From positions 128,001 to 192,000 of the forward strand of contig CALKGR010000001.1 of NCBI GenBank assembly GCA_938085445.1: a DNA stretch of 64,000 bases. The letters are read 5' to 3'. This DNA comes from an uncultured Rubripirellula sp. (GTDB taxonomy: Bacteria > Planctomycetota > Planctomycetia > Pirellulales > Pirellulaceae). Within the stretch, counting starts at the first letter, position 1; the number at the start of each line of letters is the position of its first letter. The notes beneath the pieces were generated by a model. It worked only from the letters and a program-made list of their open reading frames with translations, made no database searches and was not told where the DNA came from. The position numbers and the translations under genes were made by a program. Of this stretch, positions 9,976 to 20,084 are shown in pieces.

Positions 9976-11113
9976 TCACCACTCGAAAGAAGACGGGGCT
10001 TCCATCACGCTGACCACGCACGCGAACATTCTCGCCGGGCATCGTCTCGGCAACGGCATCTTTCAGTGATTGAAAATCTGTAATTTTGCGATCACCAAAC
10101 TCTCTGATAATATCCCCTTGCTGAATACCAGCTTTCTTTGCGGCTGAATCGGGACGAACGATATCGATCACTGCCTCCTCAGCTTGGGAGTTCCCTTGCA
10201 CTCCAAGTACCGGACGAAAACCGGGTAACGCACCCCATGAATCACCTGCCACCAGGCGCTCCCAGGAATTGATGTAGTTATCAATCGGGATATGCAAGTT
10301 TTCTTCAACATCGTTTCCGATGCGACTATGAATCGCGATTAGTTTGCCAGACAAATCAAACAAGGGTCCACCGCTATCACCCCCAATCAAAGCACAGTCA
10401 GTTCTCAATGCCGAACGATTAACACGCGCGATCCGCCCGACTCGCGTAACAACACCTCTGGTCTGGTCAAATCCACTTGGATGGCCTGTCGCGATACACC
10501 ACATGCCACGGGCCAGTTTGCTACTGTCGCCTAGCGTTGCATGAGGCCAATCTGCTCCCTCATTTTGGCCTGGACTTATCTGCAACATGCCCGCATCAAC
10601 ATTTTTGTTTAATCCGAGTGTCATCGCTTCCAAGCGACGTCCATTCGCCAGAATCACAGTAGCCGGCTTGTTGGGTCTCATCGCCACGTGAGCAGCAGTC
10701 AACACCTTGCCACCACCATCGATAATCACGCCACAGCCCTGCGCTTGCCCAATTTTAATGCTAACCGTGCATCGTTTCGCTGATGCCGAAATTTGTCCGA
10801 ATTGCTGTTCCAACAATTGAAGCTGTGCAAGAGACTTAGGGATCGCCCCTGCAGAGAGAATCTCCCGGAGATCTTCGGGGACGGGTATTTCCGTCTCTGG
10901 GGAATCTGCAATCAGAGTTGGAGCCACCGCGGGTGACTGAGCATCGGCCGTGACACCCATCGCTCCGAAGCCCAGAGAGATAACGACAATTGCCTTGGCA
11001 ATCAATTGCGGTTTGCCGACAACCGATGGTTTCGTAATGTAGTTTTGCAAAGCTGCCTCGAATCGCGACGCGAAGTTGGCGATCACGTACCTATCTGTTG
11101 GTACACTTCCCAT
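9959..11113 (-). CDS. HtrA/S1C serine protease with C-terminal PDZ
   Basis: LTAAHV, VDAGML, GGDSGGP; PDZ VLGV...AAKKAGIQQGDII. Start uncertain. Confidence 0.9.
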   Translation of the reverse strand: MGSVPTDRYVIANFASRFEAALQNYITKPSVVGKPQLIAKAIVVISLGFGAMGVTADAQSPAVAPTLIADSPETEIPVPEDLREILSAGAIPKSLAQLQLLEQQFGQISASAKRCTVSIKIGQAQGCGVIIDGGGKVLTAAHVAMRPNKPATVILANGRRLEAMTLGLNKNVDAGMLQISPGQNEGADWPHATLGDSSKLARGMWCIATGHPSGFDQTRGVVTRVGRIARVNRSALRTDCALIGGDSGGPLFDLSGKLIAIHSRIGNDVEENLHIPIDNYINSWERLVAGDSWGALPGFRPVLGVQGNSQAEEAVIDIVRPDSAAKKAGIQQGDIIREFGDRKITDFQSLKDAVAETMPGENVRVRGQRDGSPVFFRVVIGRGE

Positions 11114-11173
11114 TATAGCCTCTATTCAAGATCCCCGAAAAAGGGACCTTTACTAACTGGAAAACCACCTGAA

Positions 11174-12049
11174 ATGAGCGATGTTTCGGATCAAATCATG
11201 ATTTTCGGGTGCGGCTATCTGGGTCGCCGGGTCGCACAATTGGCAATCCGCGATGGAAATACGGTTTGGGCAACCACGCGCAAGAGCGGAAAACAGAGAG
11301 AACTTGCCAGCCAAGGAATTCTGCCGATTGTGGCCGATTGGACGGATCGAAGGTCGCTAATTGACCTGCCTGCAGTCAAACACGTCGTGATTTGTGTGAG
11401 CTATGACAGACAAAGCTATCACAATCGCTATGAATCACAGGTGGGCGGCCTTCGCAACCTACTGCACGCCCTCAGTCCTGACGCAAAGGTCTGCTATATC
11501 AGCACAACCGGCGTCTATCACCAACAAAGTGGTTTGTGGGTCGACGAAGCAAGCCCAACTCGGCCACTTCGCGATGGTGGTCGCGCACACCTGATGGCAG
11601 AATCTTTGTTGAATCGAATGCGCCCGAACTCACCATGGACAATTCTGCGACTTTCTGGCATCTACGGTCCCGGTAGAATTCCGCGTGCAGCGGACGTGAT
11701 CGCTGGAAGACCAATCGCCTCACCGCAGCACGGCTTCTTGAATCTAATCCACGTCGATGACGCTGCCGAAGCAGTCTGTTCGACTTTGCGAACACATACA
11801 CAGCGTTTGTACGTCGTCAGTGATGATCAGCCGGTCGTCCGATCGCAGTTTTATCAGGAAATTGCATACCAAACTCGCTCGAAAAAACCGCAGTTTGTGA
11901 CGCCAGACGCTCGTTCCCCGGTAATGATGAGGTCGGAAAGTAACAAACGGGTGTGGAACCGTAAAATGAAACGCGATTTGGTTTCCAAACTACGCTTTCC
12001 GACCTATCGGCATGGGCTGGCTGACCTTCTGTCGATCGGAAACCGCTGA
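11174..12049 (+). CDS. SDR / NAD-dependent epimerase family oxidoreductase (YeeZ-like)
   Basis: IFGCGYLG, YISTTGVY, LRLSGIYGPGR, NLIHVDD. ATG 11174 preferred over the track start 11006. Confidence 0.9.
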   Translation: MSDVSDQIMIFGCGYLGRRVAQLAIRDGNTVWATTRKSGKQRELASQGILPIVADWTDRRSLIDLPAVKHVVICVSYDRQSYHNRYESQVGGLRNLLHALSPDAKVCYISTTGVYHQQSGLWVDEASPTRPLRDGGRAHLMAESLLNRMRPNSPWTILRLSGIYGPGRIPRAADVIAGRPIASPQHGFLNLIHVDDAAEAVCSTLRTHTQRLYVVSDDQPVVRSQFYQEIAYQTRSKKPQFVTPDARSPVMMRSESNKRVWNRKMKRDLVSKLRFPTYRHGLADLLSIGNR

Positions 12050-12173
12050 CAGCACAATGCACTCGAGAAAGCGACAAAATGTCGTGCGTTGGGTCTCACA
12101 ACGGTGGGCTACAGGCTTGAACCCCTTCCGCGTACAATGAAGCTAGATTCACTCCTATTTTACAACGAATACC

Positions 12174-12968
12174 ATGCTAACCCGTAAACCGATTTTCCCG
12201 GGAATTATTGAACTTAACTTCCAGGCTGGTGAAGTCCTCGGGTGCAATGTCTATCTTGTCTACGATGAAGACGAATGGATCTTGATCGACGTTGGCTACG
12301 AAGAAACAGTCGAGGACTTTGTAGAAATCATACGCCAAGTCGATTTTCCATTTTCTCGCTGCAAAACTCTGGTTGCCACACACGCGGATGTGGATCATAT
12401 CCAAGGACTCGCAAAAGCGAAGCAGTTGCTGAAGACTTCGGTCACCGCTCACCCGAATGCGGTAGCCCCCCTCCAATCTGGCGATACGCTGATCACGTTA
12501 GCCGAAATCGCAGCTCAGGATTTGAAGATGGCGATGCCTCCGGTTGAAATCGAGCACGAGGTCAATGACGGAGATGTCATCGAAGTGGGTTCGCTCAAGG
12601 TTGAGGTGTGGCACACCCCAGGTCATACCAACAGTCAATTGGCATTTCGGATTGGAGATATCCTGCTCAGCGGTGATAATATCTACCGTGACGGATGCAT
12701 CGGGGCCATCGACGCGCACCATGGAAGTGATATCAAAGCTTTTGTCTCATCACTCGAACGAATCCGAGACAGTGATGTGAAATGGTTGGCCCCAAGTCAT
12801 GGTCCAATCTTTGCAAAGAACCGCGATTTTCTTGATGCCACGATTCAAAGGGTGCGCGGCTACTTGCAGATGGCCGATTTCGGTACGCTCGCAGAAAGCT
12901 GGCCGCTCATGGATGAGTGGGATGAAGAAGTCGCCGCTGGAAAACTCCCAGACGGCTTGCCCCAGTAA
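12174..12968 (+). CDS. Metallo-beta-lactamase-fold hydrolase (glyoxalase II-like)
   Basis: THADVDH, HTPGHT, LSGD, PSHG metal-binding motifs. Confidence 0.92.
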   Translation: MLTRKPIFPGIIELNFQAGEVLGCNVYLVYDEDEWILIDVGYEETVEDFVEIIRQVDFPFSRCKTLVATHADVDHIQGLAKAKQLLKTSVTAHPNAVAPLQSGDTLITLAEIAAQDLKMAMPPVEIEHEVNDGDVIEVGSLKVEVWHTPGHTNSQLAFRIGDILLSGDNIYRDGCIGAIDAHHGSDIKAFVSSLERIRDSDVKWLAPSHGPIFAKNRDFLDATIQRVRGYLQMADFGTLAESWPLMDEWDEEVAAGKLPDGLPQ

Positions 12969-13135
12969 GGGCTACCGTGAAGGCTTGCAAGCTTTACCAA
13001 CTTTTCCCAGACATTGATTGCTCAAGGCTAAGAGTCCATTCGCGGAACTATCCTCAAAAGCGTTGCCAATCGCAGACATACAGGGCCTCGCGATACCTCG
13101 CTTACCACATGATCATGTTGCAACGAGTGTACCGA

Positions 13136-13149
13136 TGGCAACGTTGCCA
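13136..13149. promoter_or_regulatory. Perfect 14-bp palindrome TGGCAACGTTGCCA, candidate LacI-type operator for the ROK-nagB unit
   Basis: Exact inverted repeat with central CG; a related site CAAAAGCGTTGCCA lies at 13055-13068. Confidence 0.45.
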
Positions 13150-13441
13150 GGGATAATGACGACTCTCAATCCGTGATGCGTACATGCTTGGCAGTCGCGG
13201 CCAGCTTCGAACACTCATTTTCGTGCCGTGCTTGACTACTTTCCGGCTGTCATCATGCCTATTCCGGTCCTTTTTGATTAACATGGGACCTTTCAACACC
13301 GGATGCCGCTTTGCTGGATCCTGTGCATTGAGTGTGAAGTCGGTTCCAGATCCCGCTCACACAACCAATCATCACCTCGCTGCGTTACCTATTCATGACG
13401 CGTGAAAGGTGCGATTCCTTGTCTAGCCCTCAACCGCGTTT

Positions 13442-14467
13442 ATGACCAGCAAGCCTACCATCTGCTCAACACTTCCCCCTGCCCAAGAAGACTTATTTCT
13501 CGGCATCGATGTGGGTGGAACGAACGTCAAACTCGGGCTCATCGATGCCTCGGGCGCCGTGCGTGCCAAGGATGCTTTGGCAACGCCAGATTTTATAACA
13601 CCTGAACGAGTGTTTGACGCTGCAGTAGCTTTTGCTGACCGCGAATTATCTTCCCTGGAAGGCTGTAACTTCAAGTTGGCAGGTATTGGCTTGGCCGTTC
13701 CGGGGGTGCTTGATTCTCGAGAAGCAGTCCTGCGGGAAGTTGTGAATCTTCCTGAATGGCAAGGAAAACGGCTGCGGGAAATTCTCCGCCAGTCAAAAGA
13801 TCTGCCGAACGTCGTCGTGAATGATGCGAATTCAGCAGCCTACGCTGAACACGCATTAAGATCTCTGGGCCATAAATCACTCGCACTCGTAACGCTGGGA
13901 ACCGGCATCGGCTGTGGTTTGGTAATGAATGGTTCTCCGTACGGCGGTGACCATGGTTGCGCTGGCGAACTTGGGCACATCGCAATCAGATTTGGCAATG
14001 AAGCTCTTCCATGCACATGCGGAAAAATGGGCCATTTAGAAGCCTACGCCGGGTCAAAAGGAGTGGTCACACAATTGCACTCATTGGCGAGAACAACGAA
14101 CAACTCAAAGATCGCTTCATTACTGAAAACTGATAATGTTACTCCCAGAGACATTGCCACACTCGCTCAAGACGGCTGTGAACTATGCAACACAGTCATT
14201 GATCAGACCGCCAAGTACTTGGGGCAGGCAATCGGCCAAATGGCGCAGGTCATCGATCCAGCAGTGGTGTTACTAGGTGGAGCGATGACCTTTGGTGGCA
14301 GCCAATCCAATGTGGGGCAAAACTTTTTAACAACCGTACGGAATACGATTATCGCCACCACCCTCGAAGAGGTGGGTAGTCATTTGCAAGTCGAATTTGC
14401 TTCACTCGGTAATGATGCCGGTGTCATTGGAGCAGCCAAGGTCGCACAACAGGTAATTGCATCGTGA
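13442..14467 (+). CDS. ROK-family sugar kinase (glucokinase/GlcNAc kinase-like)
   Basis: GIDVGGTN, NDANSAAYAE, TLGTGIG, GELGH, CTCGKMGHLE; no N-terminal HTH. Confidence 0.92.
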   Translation: MTSKPTICSTLPPAQEDLFLGIDVGGTNVKLGLIDASGAVRAKDALATPDFITPERVFDAAVAFADRELSSLEGCNFKLAGIGLAVPGVLDSREAVLREVVNLPEWQGKRLREILRQSKDLPNVVVNDANSAAYAEHALRSLGHKSLALVTLGTGIGCGLVMNGSPYGGDHGCAGELGHIAIRFGNEALPCTCGKMGHLEAYAGSKGVVTQLHSLARTTNNSKIASLLKTDNVTPRDIATLAQDGCELCNTVIDQTAKYLGQAIGQMAQVIDPAVVLLGGAMTFGGSQSNVGQNFLTTVRNTIIATTLEEVGSHLQVEFASLGNDAGVIGAAKVAQQVIAS

Positions 14468-16389
14468 TTGAATTTCCCAATGAACGAATCCCTTGTAGCG
14501 TTTTCAATCGTGCATCTGACGCCAGTGTCGCAGCCGCAAGAGAAATCGCAGAACTGATAAGTGAAAAAGAAGAACGGGGACAGATGTGCGTCCTGGGGCT
14601 GGTCGCTGGATCTTCGCCTGTCAATGTTTACGATGAACTCGTGCGGATGCACCGAAGAGGCGAAATTTCTTTTGCCAATGTCATCACATTCAATCTTGAT
14701 GAATTTTTCCCCATGCAACCTCTTGAGTTGCAGAGCGTTGCTCGATTCATGCATGAGCATCTTTTCGATCTTGTTGACATCCAACCCTGCAACATTCACA
14801 TTCCTGATGGATCCATCCCCAAGGGGGATGTGGCTGAATACTGCCACCAATATGAACAGCTGATCCGTGATTGTGGCGGTATCGACATCCAGCTGCTCGG
14901 AATCAATCGCACCGGCCACATTGGCTTGAACGAGCCTGGATCAGACCGGGCAACGAGAACGCGAATGATTACCTTGGATACGGTGACGCGCACTGATGCC
15001 GCCAGTGACTTTTTTGGTACTGAGAATGTTCCTCGTTACGCAATCACGATGGGTGTGGGTACGATCCTTGAAGCAAAGCGTATCAAGCTACTTGCGTTTG
15101 GTGAGGGAAAAGCCGACATCGTAGCCAAGACAGTCGAAGGCTATGCGAACACGACGATCCCAGCCACATTCCTACAAGACCACCCAGATACACACTTCTT
15201 GCTCGATGAATCTGCTGCTTCTAGCCTGACCCGATCCCAAGCTCCGTGGCTTCTGGGTGAGGTCAATTGGGATTCCGCAACCATCAGGCGAGCCGTAATA
15301 GATCTATCACAAGAACTGGGTAAAGCCGTTCTCAAACTCACAGACGCGGACTACAACGAACAGGGCTTACAGGACCTGCTGGCAGCCCATGGAAATGCGT
15401 ACGACATAAACCTGCGAGTTTTTCGTCATATGCATTCGACAATCACTGGGTGGCCGGGTGGCAAACCAGAGCATGCAAAACAAGTGGGCGATCGCCCCGG
15501 GCATCGTGACGACATCTTTCCAAAACGCATCATCGTCTTCTCACCACATCCGGACGATGATGTCATTTCGATGGGCGGAACTTTGATCCGTCTGGTTGAA
15601 CAGGGGCATGAGGTCCACATTGCCTATCAAACTTCAGGAAACATCGCAGTCTTTGATGAAGACGCGATTCGGTTTGCCGAGTTTGTCGAGGACTTCTGTA
15701 ATGAGTTCCAAATTCACGCACCGGGCCTCGCCGAGTTGGAATCACACATTGATGAGGTTCTGCGAAAGAAACAACCAGGCCAAGTCGACAGTGATCAGGT
15801 GCAGCGTATCAAGGGTTTGATCCGGCGTGGAGAAGCACGCGAGGGCGCACGATGTTGTGGGGTCAAAGACGAACATCTGCATTTCCTAGACTTGCCGTTC
15901 TACCAAACTGGCCGCGTTAAAAAGAGTCCCATCTCGTCCGCGGATATCAACATAACATTGGACCTGCTTCGCCGAGTTCAACCTCATCAGATTTACGCTG
16001 CCGGTGACCTTTCTGATCCACATGGAACGCACCGCACCTGCCTGTCGGCGATCCTTCAATCCTGCAAGCAGTGTGAATTGGATGCTTGGTACGAGAGCTG
16101 TGCAATCTGGCTGTACCGTGGAGCGTGGCAGGAATGGCCTCCTCACCAAATCGAAATGGCCGTTCCACTGAGCCCGACCGAAGTTGCAAAAAAGCGGGCC
16201 GCCATCTTCAAACACGAATCTCAAAAAGACCGTGCTTTGTTCCCCGGATCCGACGTGCGGGAATTCTGGCAACGAGCAGAACAACGTAATGCTGATACCG
16301 CAAGAAGGTACGATGAAATTGGCTTGGCTGAGTATGCTGCAATCGAAGGCTTTGTCCGCTGGGATGGACAATCGGGCATCGAGCTTTAG
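14464..16389 (+). CDS. nagB: Glucosamine-6-phosphate deaminase fused to a PIG-L/LmbE deacetylase-like domain
   Basis: TFNLDEF, GHIGLNEPGS, AITMGVGTIL; C-terminal SPHPDDD and DPHGTH. GTGA overlap with the ROK gene. Confidence 0.9.
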   Translation: MIEFPNERIPCSVFNRASDASVAAAREIAELISEKEERGQMCVLGLVAGSSPVNVYDELVRMHRRGEISFANVITFNLDEFFPMQPLELQSVARFMHEHLFDLVDIQPCNIHIPDGSIPKGDVAEYCHQYEQLIRDCGGIDIQLLGINRTGHIGLNEPGSDRATRTRMITLDTVTRTDAASDFFGTENVPRYAITMGVGTILEAKRIKLLAFGEGKADIVAKTVEGYANTTIPATFLQDHPDTHFLLDESAASSLTRSQAPWLLGEVNWDSATIRRAVIDLSQELGKAVLKLTDADYNEQGLQDLLAAHGNAYDINLRVFRHMHSTITGWPGGKPEHAKQVGDRPGHRDDIFPKRIIVFSPHPDDDVISMGGTLIRLVEQGHEVHIAYQTSGNIAVFDEDAIRFAEFVEDFCNEFQIHAPGLAELESHIDEVLRKKQPGQVDSDQVQRIKGLIRRGEAREGARCCGVKDEHLHFLDLPFYQTGRVKKSPISSADINITLDLLRRVQPHQIYAAGDLSDPHGTHRTCLSAILQSCKQCELDAWYESCAIWLYRGAWQEWPPHQIEMAVPLSPTEVAKKRAAIFKHESQKDRALFPGSDVREFWQRAEQRNADTARRYDEIGLAEYAAIEGFVRWDGQSGIEL

Positions 16390-16450
16390 AGCTACCTGTG
16401 CTCGACAGCACAAACCAAAATAGAAAGCCATAACCAATCGGAAGGATCAT

Positions 16451-18799
16451 TTGATGAAGTCTCTCACCCGACGCATCACCCTGAAATTAATCGCCCTCGG
16501 AGGAGCATGCTTGGGTCTATCACGAACCATTCGTGGTGACGATAAGCTGTCGACCACTGACACCGCTCCTCTGGCGAATTCACCGGATCTTGATCCCACT
16601 GTGTCGTGGTCCAATACGCACGATCGCATCTGGCTGAGTTCCCGGATTTGGGCGAATCCAATGGAAGATTGGCAAGTCCGAGATGGAGCGGCAGAATGCC
16701 AAACCACCGGGGGAAATCGCAATCTGCATCTCATCACGCATCAATGGACTGATCCGAGTGGTACAGCTGAAATGCGTGTCTCGCTACAGAAAATCGGTGG
16801 CCAACAGAAAGATGCGGGGGCAGGTTTTCGAATCGGCACCAAGAGCGAACTGAATGAATATCGCAGCAACTGCTTTGCAAGTGGTGGAATCAATGCCGGA
16901 GTTCTCGAGGGGCAACTGGTACTGGGCCGCAAAACGGGTAACAAATCTGTCGAACTTGCTAATGAGACGACACTAAGACTATTGGCCCGTGGACTGGGGG
17001 CTCAGGTTGAACTCACGCTCATCGCTGAAACATCGTCCGGAAAAAAACTGGATCAACTGACCACAAGAGTTCAGTCCGAAGCGGTGCTTGGAAACGTTTC
17101 GCTTGTCAACAATTTCGACGCCAAACTGAAAAAAGGTCAAGGTGGGCGTTACCGCTTCAAAGATTGGTCAGCCACTGGAAACGCTTTCACCGTCGATGAA
17201 TCACGGCAATTCGGCCCGATCCTGTGGTCAATGTATTCCCTAAGTGATTCGCGTAGCGACGAGGGTTTCGTACTGAAGATCAGTGCTCTCACTGGACCAT
17301 TGGGAAAGCAGGACAACCAGAAGATTGAATTGCAGGTCAAAGTCGACGGTAACTGGAAATCGCTCGGCCATACAGCGCTGGACACTGATGCCTGGACCGC
17401 AACTTTCCGAATTCCTCATTGGAATGAGAAAGCCGTCACGCCGTACCGATTGGTGTACAGGGAACTGAAAACGGATGGTGTCGAAGAGGAGTCAATCTGG
17501 AGTGGCATGATCAAAGCCAATCCTGCAGGAAGACCGCTGAGAATCGGAGCATTGACGTGCCAAAATCATTACGGCTTCCCTTACGAGCCAGTAGCCAGAA
17601 ACATTGTCAAGCTTGATCCAGACCTGATTTACTTTTCCGGTGACCAGCTCTACGAAAGCCATGGCGGCTACGGCCTGATCCGTGATCCAGCTGAGCCGGC
17701 AATCCTGAACTATCTGCGCAAATACTACATGTTTGGATGGTCGTTTAGGGAAGCGATGCGTGACCGGCCGACGATCTGCATTGCAGACGACCATGATGTT
17801 TTCCAAGGTAACATCTGGGGCGAAGGTGGGGCTCCAATGGATGTCCAAACCGGTGGTGCTTCATCAAACGGTGGGTACAGAGAACCAGCGCGCATGGTAA
17901 ATGTCGTGCATAAGACGAATACAGCACATCATCCGGATGTCCATGACCCCACGCCTGTCCAACAGGGCATCAGTGTTTACTACGGTGACATGGTATACGG
18001 CGACGTGAGCTTTGCGATCCTTGGCGATCGGCAATTCAAAAGTGGGCCTCAGCATGTCGATACCGGCAGCGGCCGCGCAGACCATGTCAAAGACCAAAAT
18101 TTCGAAACATCTGTGCTGGATAAACAGGGGCTCCATCTGCTCGGCGTACGTCAGGAATCGTTCTTGAAGAAATGGGGTAAAGATTGGCGCGGTCACAAAA
18201 TGAAGATCCTGCTGAGCCAAACCGTATTTGCGGGAGTGGCAACTCACCATGGAAAATACGATGGCTATCTGAAAGCTGATCTCGACTCAGGGGGCTGGCC
18301 GCAAACGCCACGAGACCGAGCCATTGACATCCTGCGCGAATCAAAGGCCTTGCATATTAATGGAGACCAACACCTGACCTCGTTGTCGCAGTATGGAGTG
18401 GATCGTCAACGTGATAGCATGTGGTCTTTTTGCACACCAGCAATCGCCGCAGGCTACCCCCGTTGGTGGAGGCCAGATGAAGTTGGCATGCCACACCAAA
18501 AACGACCAGCACACGGTTTGGAAAATACCGGTGAATACCTCGACGGGTTCGGAAACATGATTTACGTTTACGCCGTTGGGAATCCAGAGGTGGGCACAAA
18601 AAAAAATCGCTATGAGAAGGCACATCAAAAAGGCAGTGGATTTGGCCTGGTAACGATCGACACCGAAGAAAGAACGTACCAGATCGACTGTTTCCGTTTC
18701 CTGATCGATGCGACAAATGGAAAACTTGAAAATCAATTTGCAGGCTGGCCAGTGACCATCCACCAACAGGAAAATGCTGGAGACAATATCATCGGATGA
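16451..18799 (+). CDS. Tat-exported alkaline phosphatase D-like metallophosphoesterase
   Basis: TRRITLK twin-arginine signal; SGDQLYE, ADDHD, NGDQH motifs. Confidence 0.85.
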   Translation: MMKSLTRRITLKLIALGGACLGLSRTIRGDDKLSTTDTAPLANSPDLDPTVSWSNTHDRIWLSSRIWANPMEDWQVRDGAAECQTTGGNRNLHLITHQWTDPSGTAEMRVSLQKIGGQQKDAGAGFRIGTKSELNEYRSNCFASGGINAGVLEGQLVLGRKTGNKSVELANETTLRLLARGLGAQVELTLIAETSSGKKLDQLTTRVQSEAVLGNVSLVNNFDAKLKKGQGGRYRFKDWSATGNAFTVDESRQFGPILWSMYSLSDSRSDEGFVLKISALTGPLGKQDNQKIELQVKVDGNWKSLGHTALDTDAWTATFRIPHWNEKAVTPYRLVYRELKTDGVEEESIWSGMIKANPAGRPLRIGALTCQNHYGFPYEPVARNIVKLDPDLIYFSGDQLYESHGGYGLIRDPAEPAILNYLRKYYMFGWSFREAMRDRPTICIADDHDVFQGNIWGEGGAPMDVQTGGASSNGGYREPARMVNVVHKTNTAHHPDVHDPTPVQQGISVYYGDMVYGDVSFAILGDRQFKSGPQHVDTGSGRADHVKDQNFETSVLDKQGLHLLGVRQESFLKKWGKDWRGHKMKILLSQTVFAGVATHHGKYDGYLKADLDSGGWPQTPRDRAIDILRESKALHINGDQHLTSLSQYGVDRQRDSMWSFCTPAIAAGYPRWWRPDEVGMPHQKRPAHGLENTGEYLDGFGNMIYVYAVGNPEVGTKKNRYEKAHQKGSGFGLVTIDTEERTYQIDCFRFLIDATNGKLENQFAGWPVTIHQQENAGDNIIG

Positions 18800-18881
18800 A
18801 TAGAAAGTTGAACAAACACATACCCAATTTTTTTCGTGTTCCAGCTACTTTGCAGAACGACTTTGACCTTAGATTTAACCA

Positions 18882-19490
18882 ATGACATTCACGAGTCACG
18901 TTATCGTTCTGCTGGCGAAGCTTTTCAGTGGATTCACTGTACGTTGGGTTGATTGCCAGCCGGATACCTGCCAACGCATCTACTTCGCCAATCACACAAG
19001 CCATCTCGATGCCGTAGTGCTGTGGTCTGCATTACCCCGTGAACTCCGAAGAATCACACGTCCTGTTGCCGCCAAGGACTACTGGACGAAAGGTTGGCTG
19101 AAGCCCCACATGGCAGAAAGCTTCAATGCTCTACTTGTGGATCGCAAGGAGATCAAAGTCCACAAGAGCCCCATCGATATCATGCTTCAGCAAATGGGTG
19201 ATGTGTATTCCCTCATCATGTTCCCCGAGGGTGGAAGATCTGCTGGAGATGATGAGATGGGGAAATTCAAGAGTGGCCTGTTCTACATGGCAAAGAAACG
19301 GCCCGACCTGGAATTGGTACCCGTATACATCGACAATGTAAATCGAATTTTGCCCCGGGGAGAAGTTCTGCCGGTTCCCTTGCTCAGTTGCATCACCATC
19401 GGTTCGCCAATCTTCTTGGAAACGGGTGAGCCGAAGAATGATTTCCTTGCGCGAGCCCGCCAAGCTGTTCAGCAATTGAAAGAGTGCTGA
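18882..19490 (+). CDS. Lysophospholipid (PlsC-type) acyltransferase
   Basis: NHTSHLD, FPEGGRS, FKSG motifs. Confidence 0.92.
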   Translation: MTFTSHVIVLLAKLFSGFTVRWVDCQPDTCQRIYFANHTSHLDAVVLWSALPRELRRITRPVAAKDYWTKGWLKPHMAESFNALLVDRKEIKVHKSPIDIMLQQMGDVYSLIMFPEGGRSAGDDEMGKFKSGLFYMAKKRPDLELVPVYIDNVNRILPRGEVLPVPLLSCITIGSPIFLETGEPKNDFLARARQAVQQLKEC

Positions 19491-20084
19491 TCAAACGAAA
19501 TGAGACTGTTGCGTTTAGATCTACTGTAAGAGGTCCTAAAGTTTCAAGTCCCGCGGTAGAAGCCACAATAGGCTGTCTTCGCTAAATGCAACGCGACTGT
19601 CTGATTGCAAGCTCTCAGGCTCAACCGTGAAAATGACATGGTGGTCAGAAGCTGTTTCAGTCGGAATGCAATATCACAACCCACAGCGTAAAATGATGAG
19701 TTGTCCGTCAAATTGCCGGTCATCTTTACTGCAATCAGAAATCATCAGATTCAGACGAGCAACGTCAACTAGAAAAACCTGATCGATAATTGGCCATATG
19801 CCATGCCCTATCTTACTATCTGAATCGCAAACGATGCCTTGACTAGTTATTGGAACGCAGGTGGTGAAAAAGAACCAAGCAATGGACCATTCAAGATTGA
19901 GTTAACCGGATCATTCAGCAGCAAAGTTATCCAACAGGCGTCCGACCCGACGCCAACAGCGTGTCAAGCAGCGTTAACGTTTTCCAAGGTCTGGTGAAGC
20001 AACATCTGACTCATCACATTGCACACAAGCAATGGGTTTCGGAGATTGGAGCAAATCATTGAGTCACAATTCGAACAACCTAGT

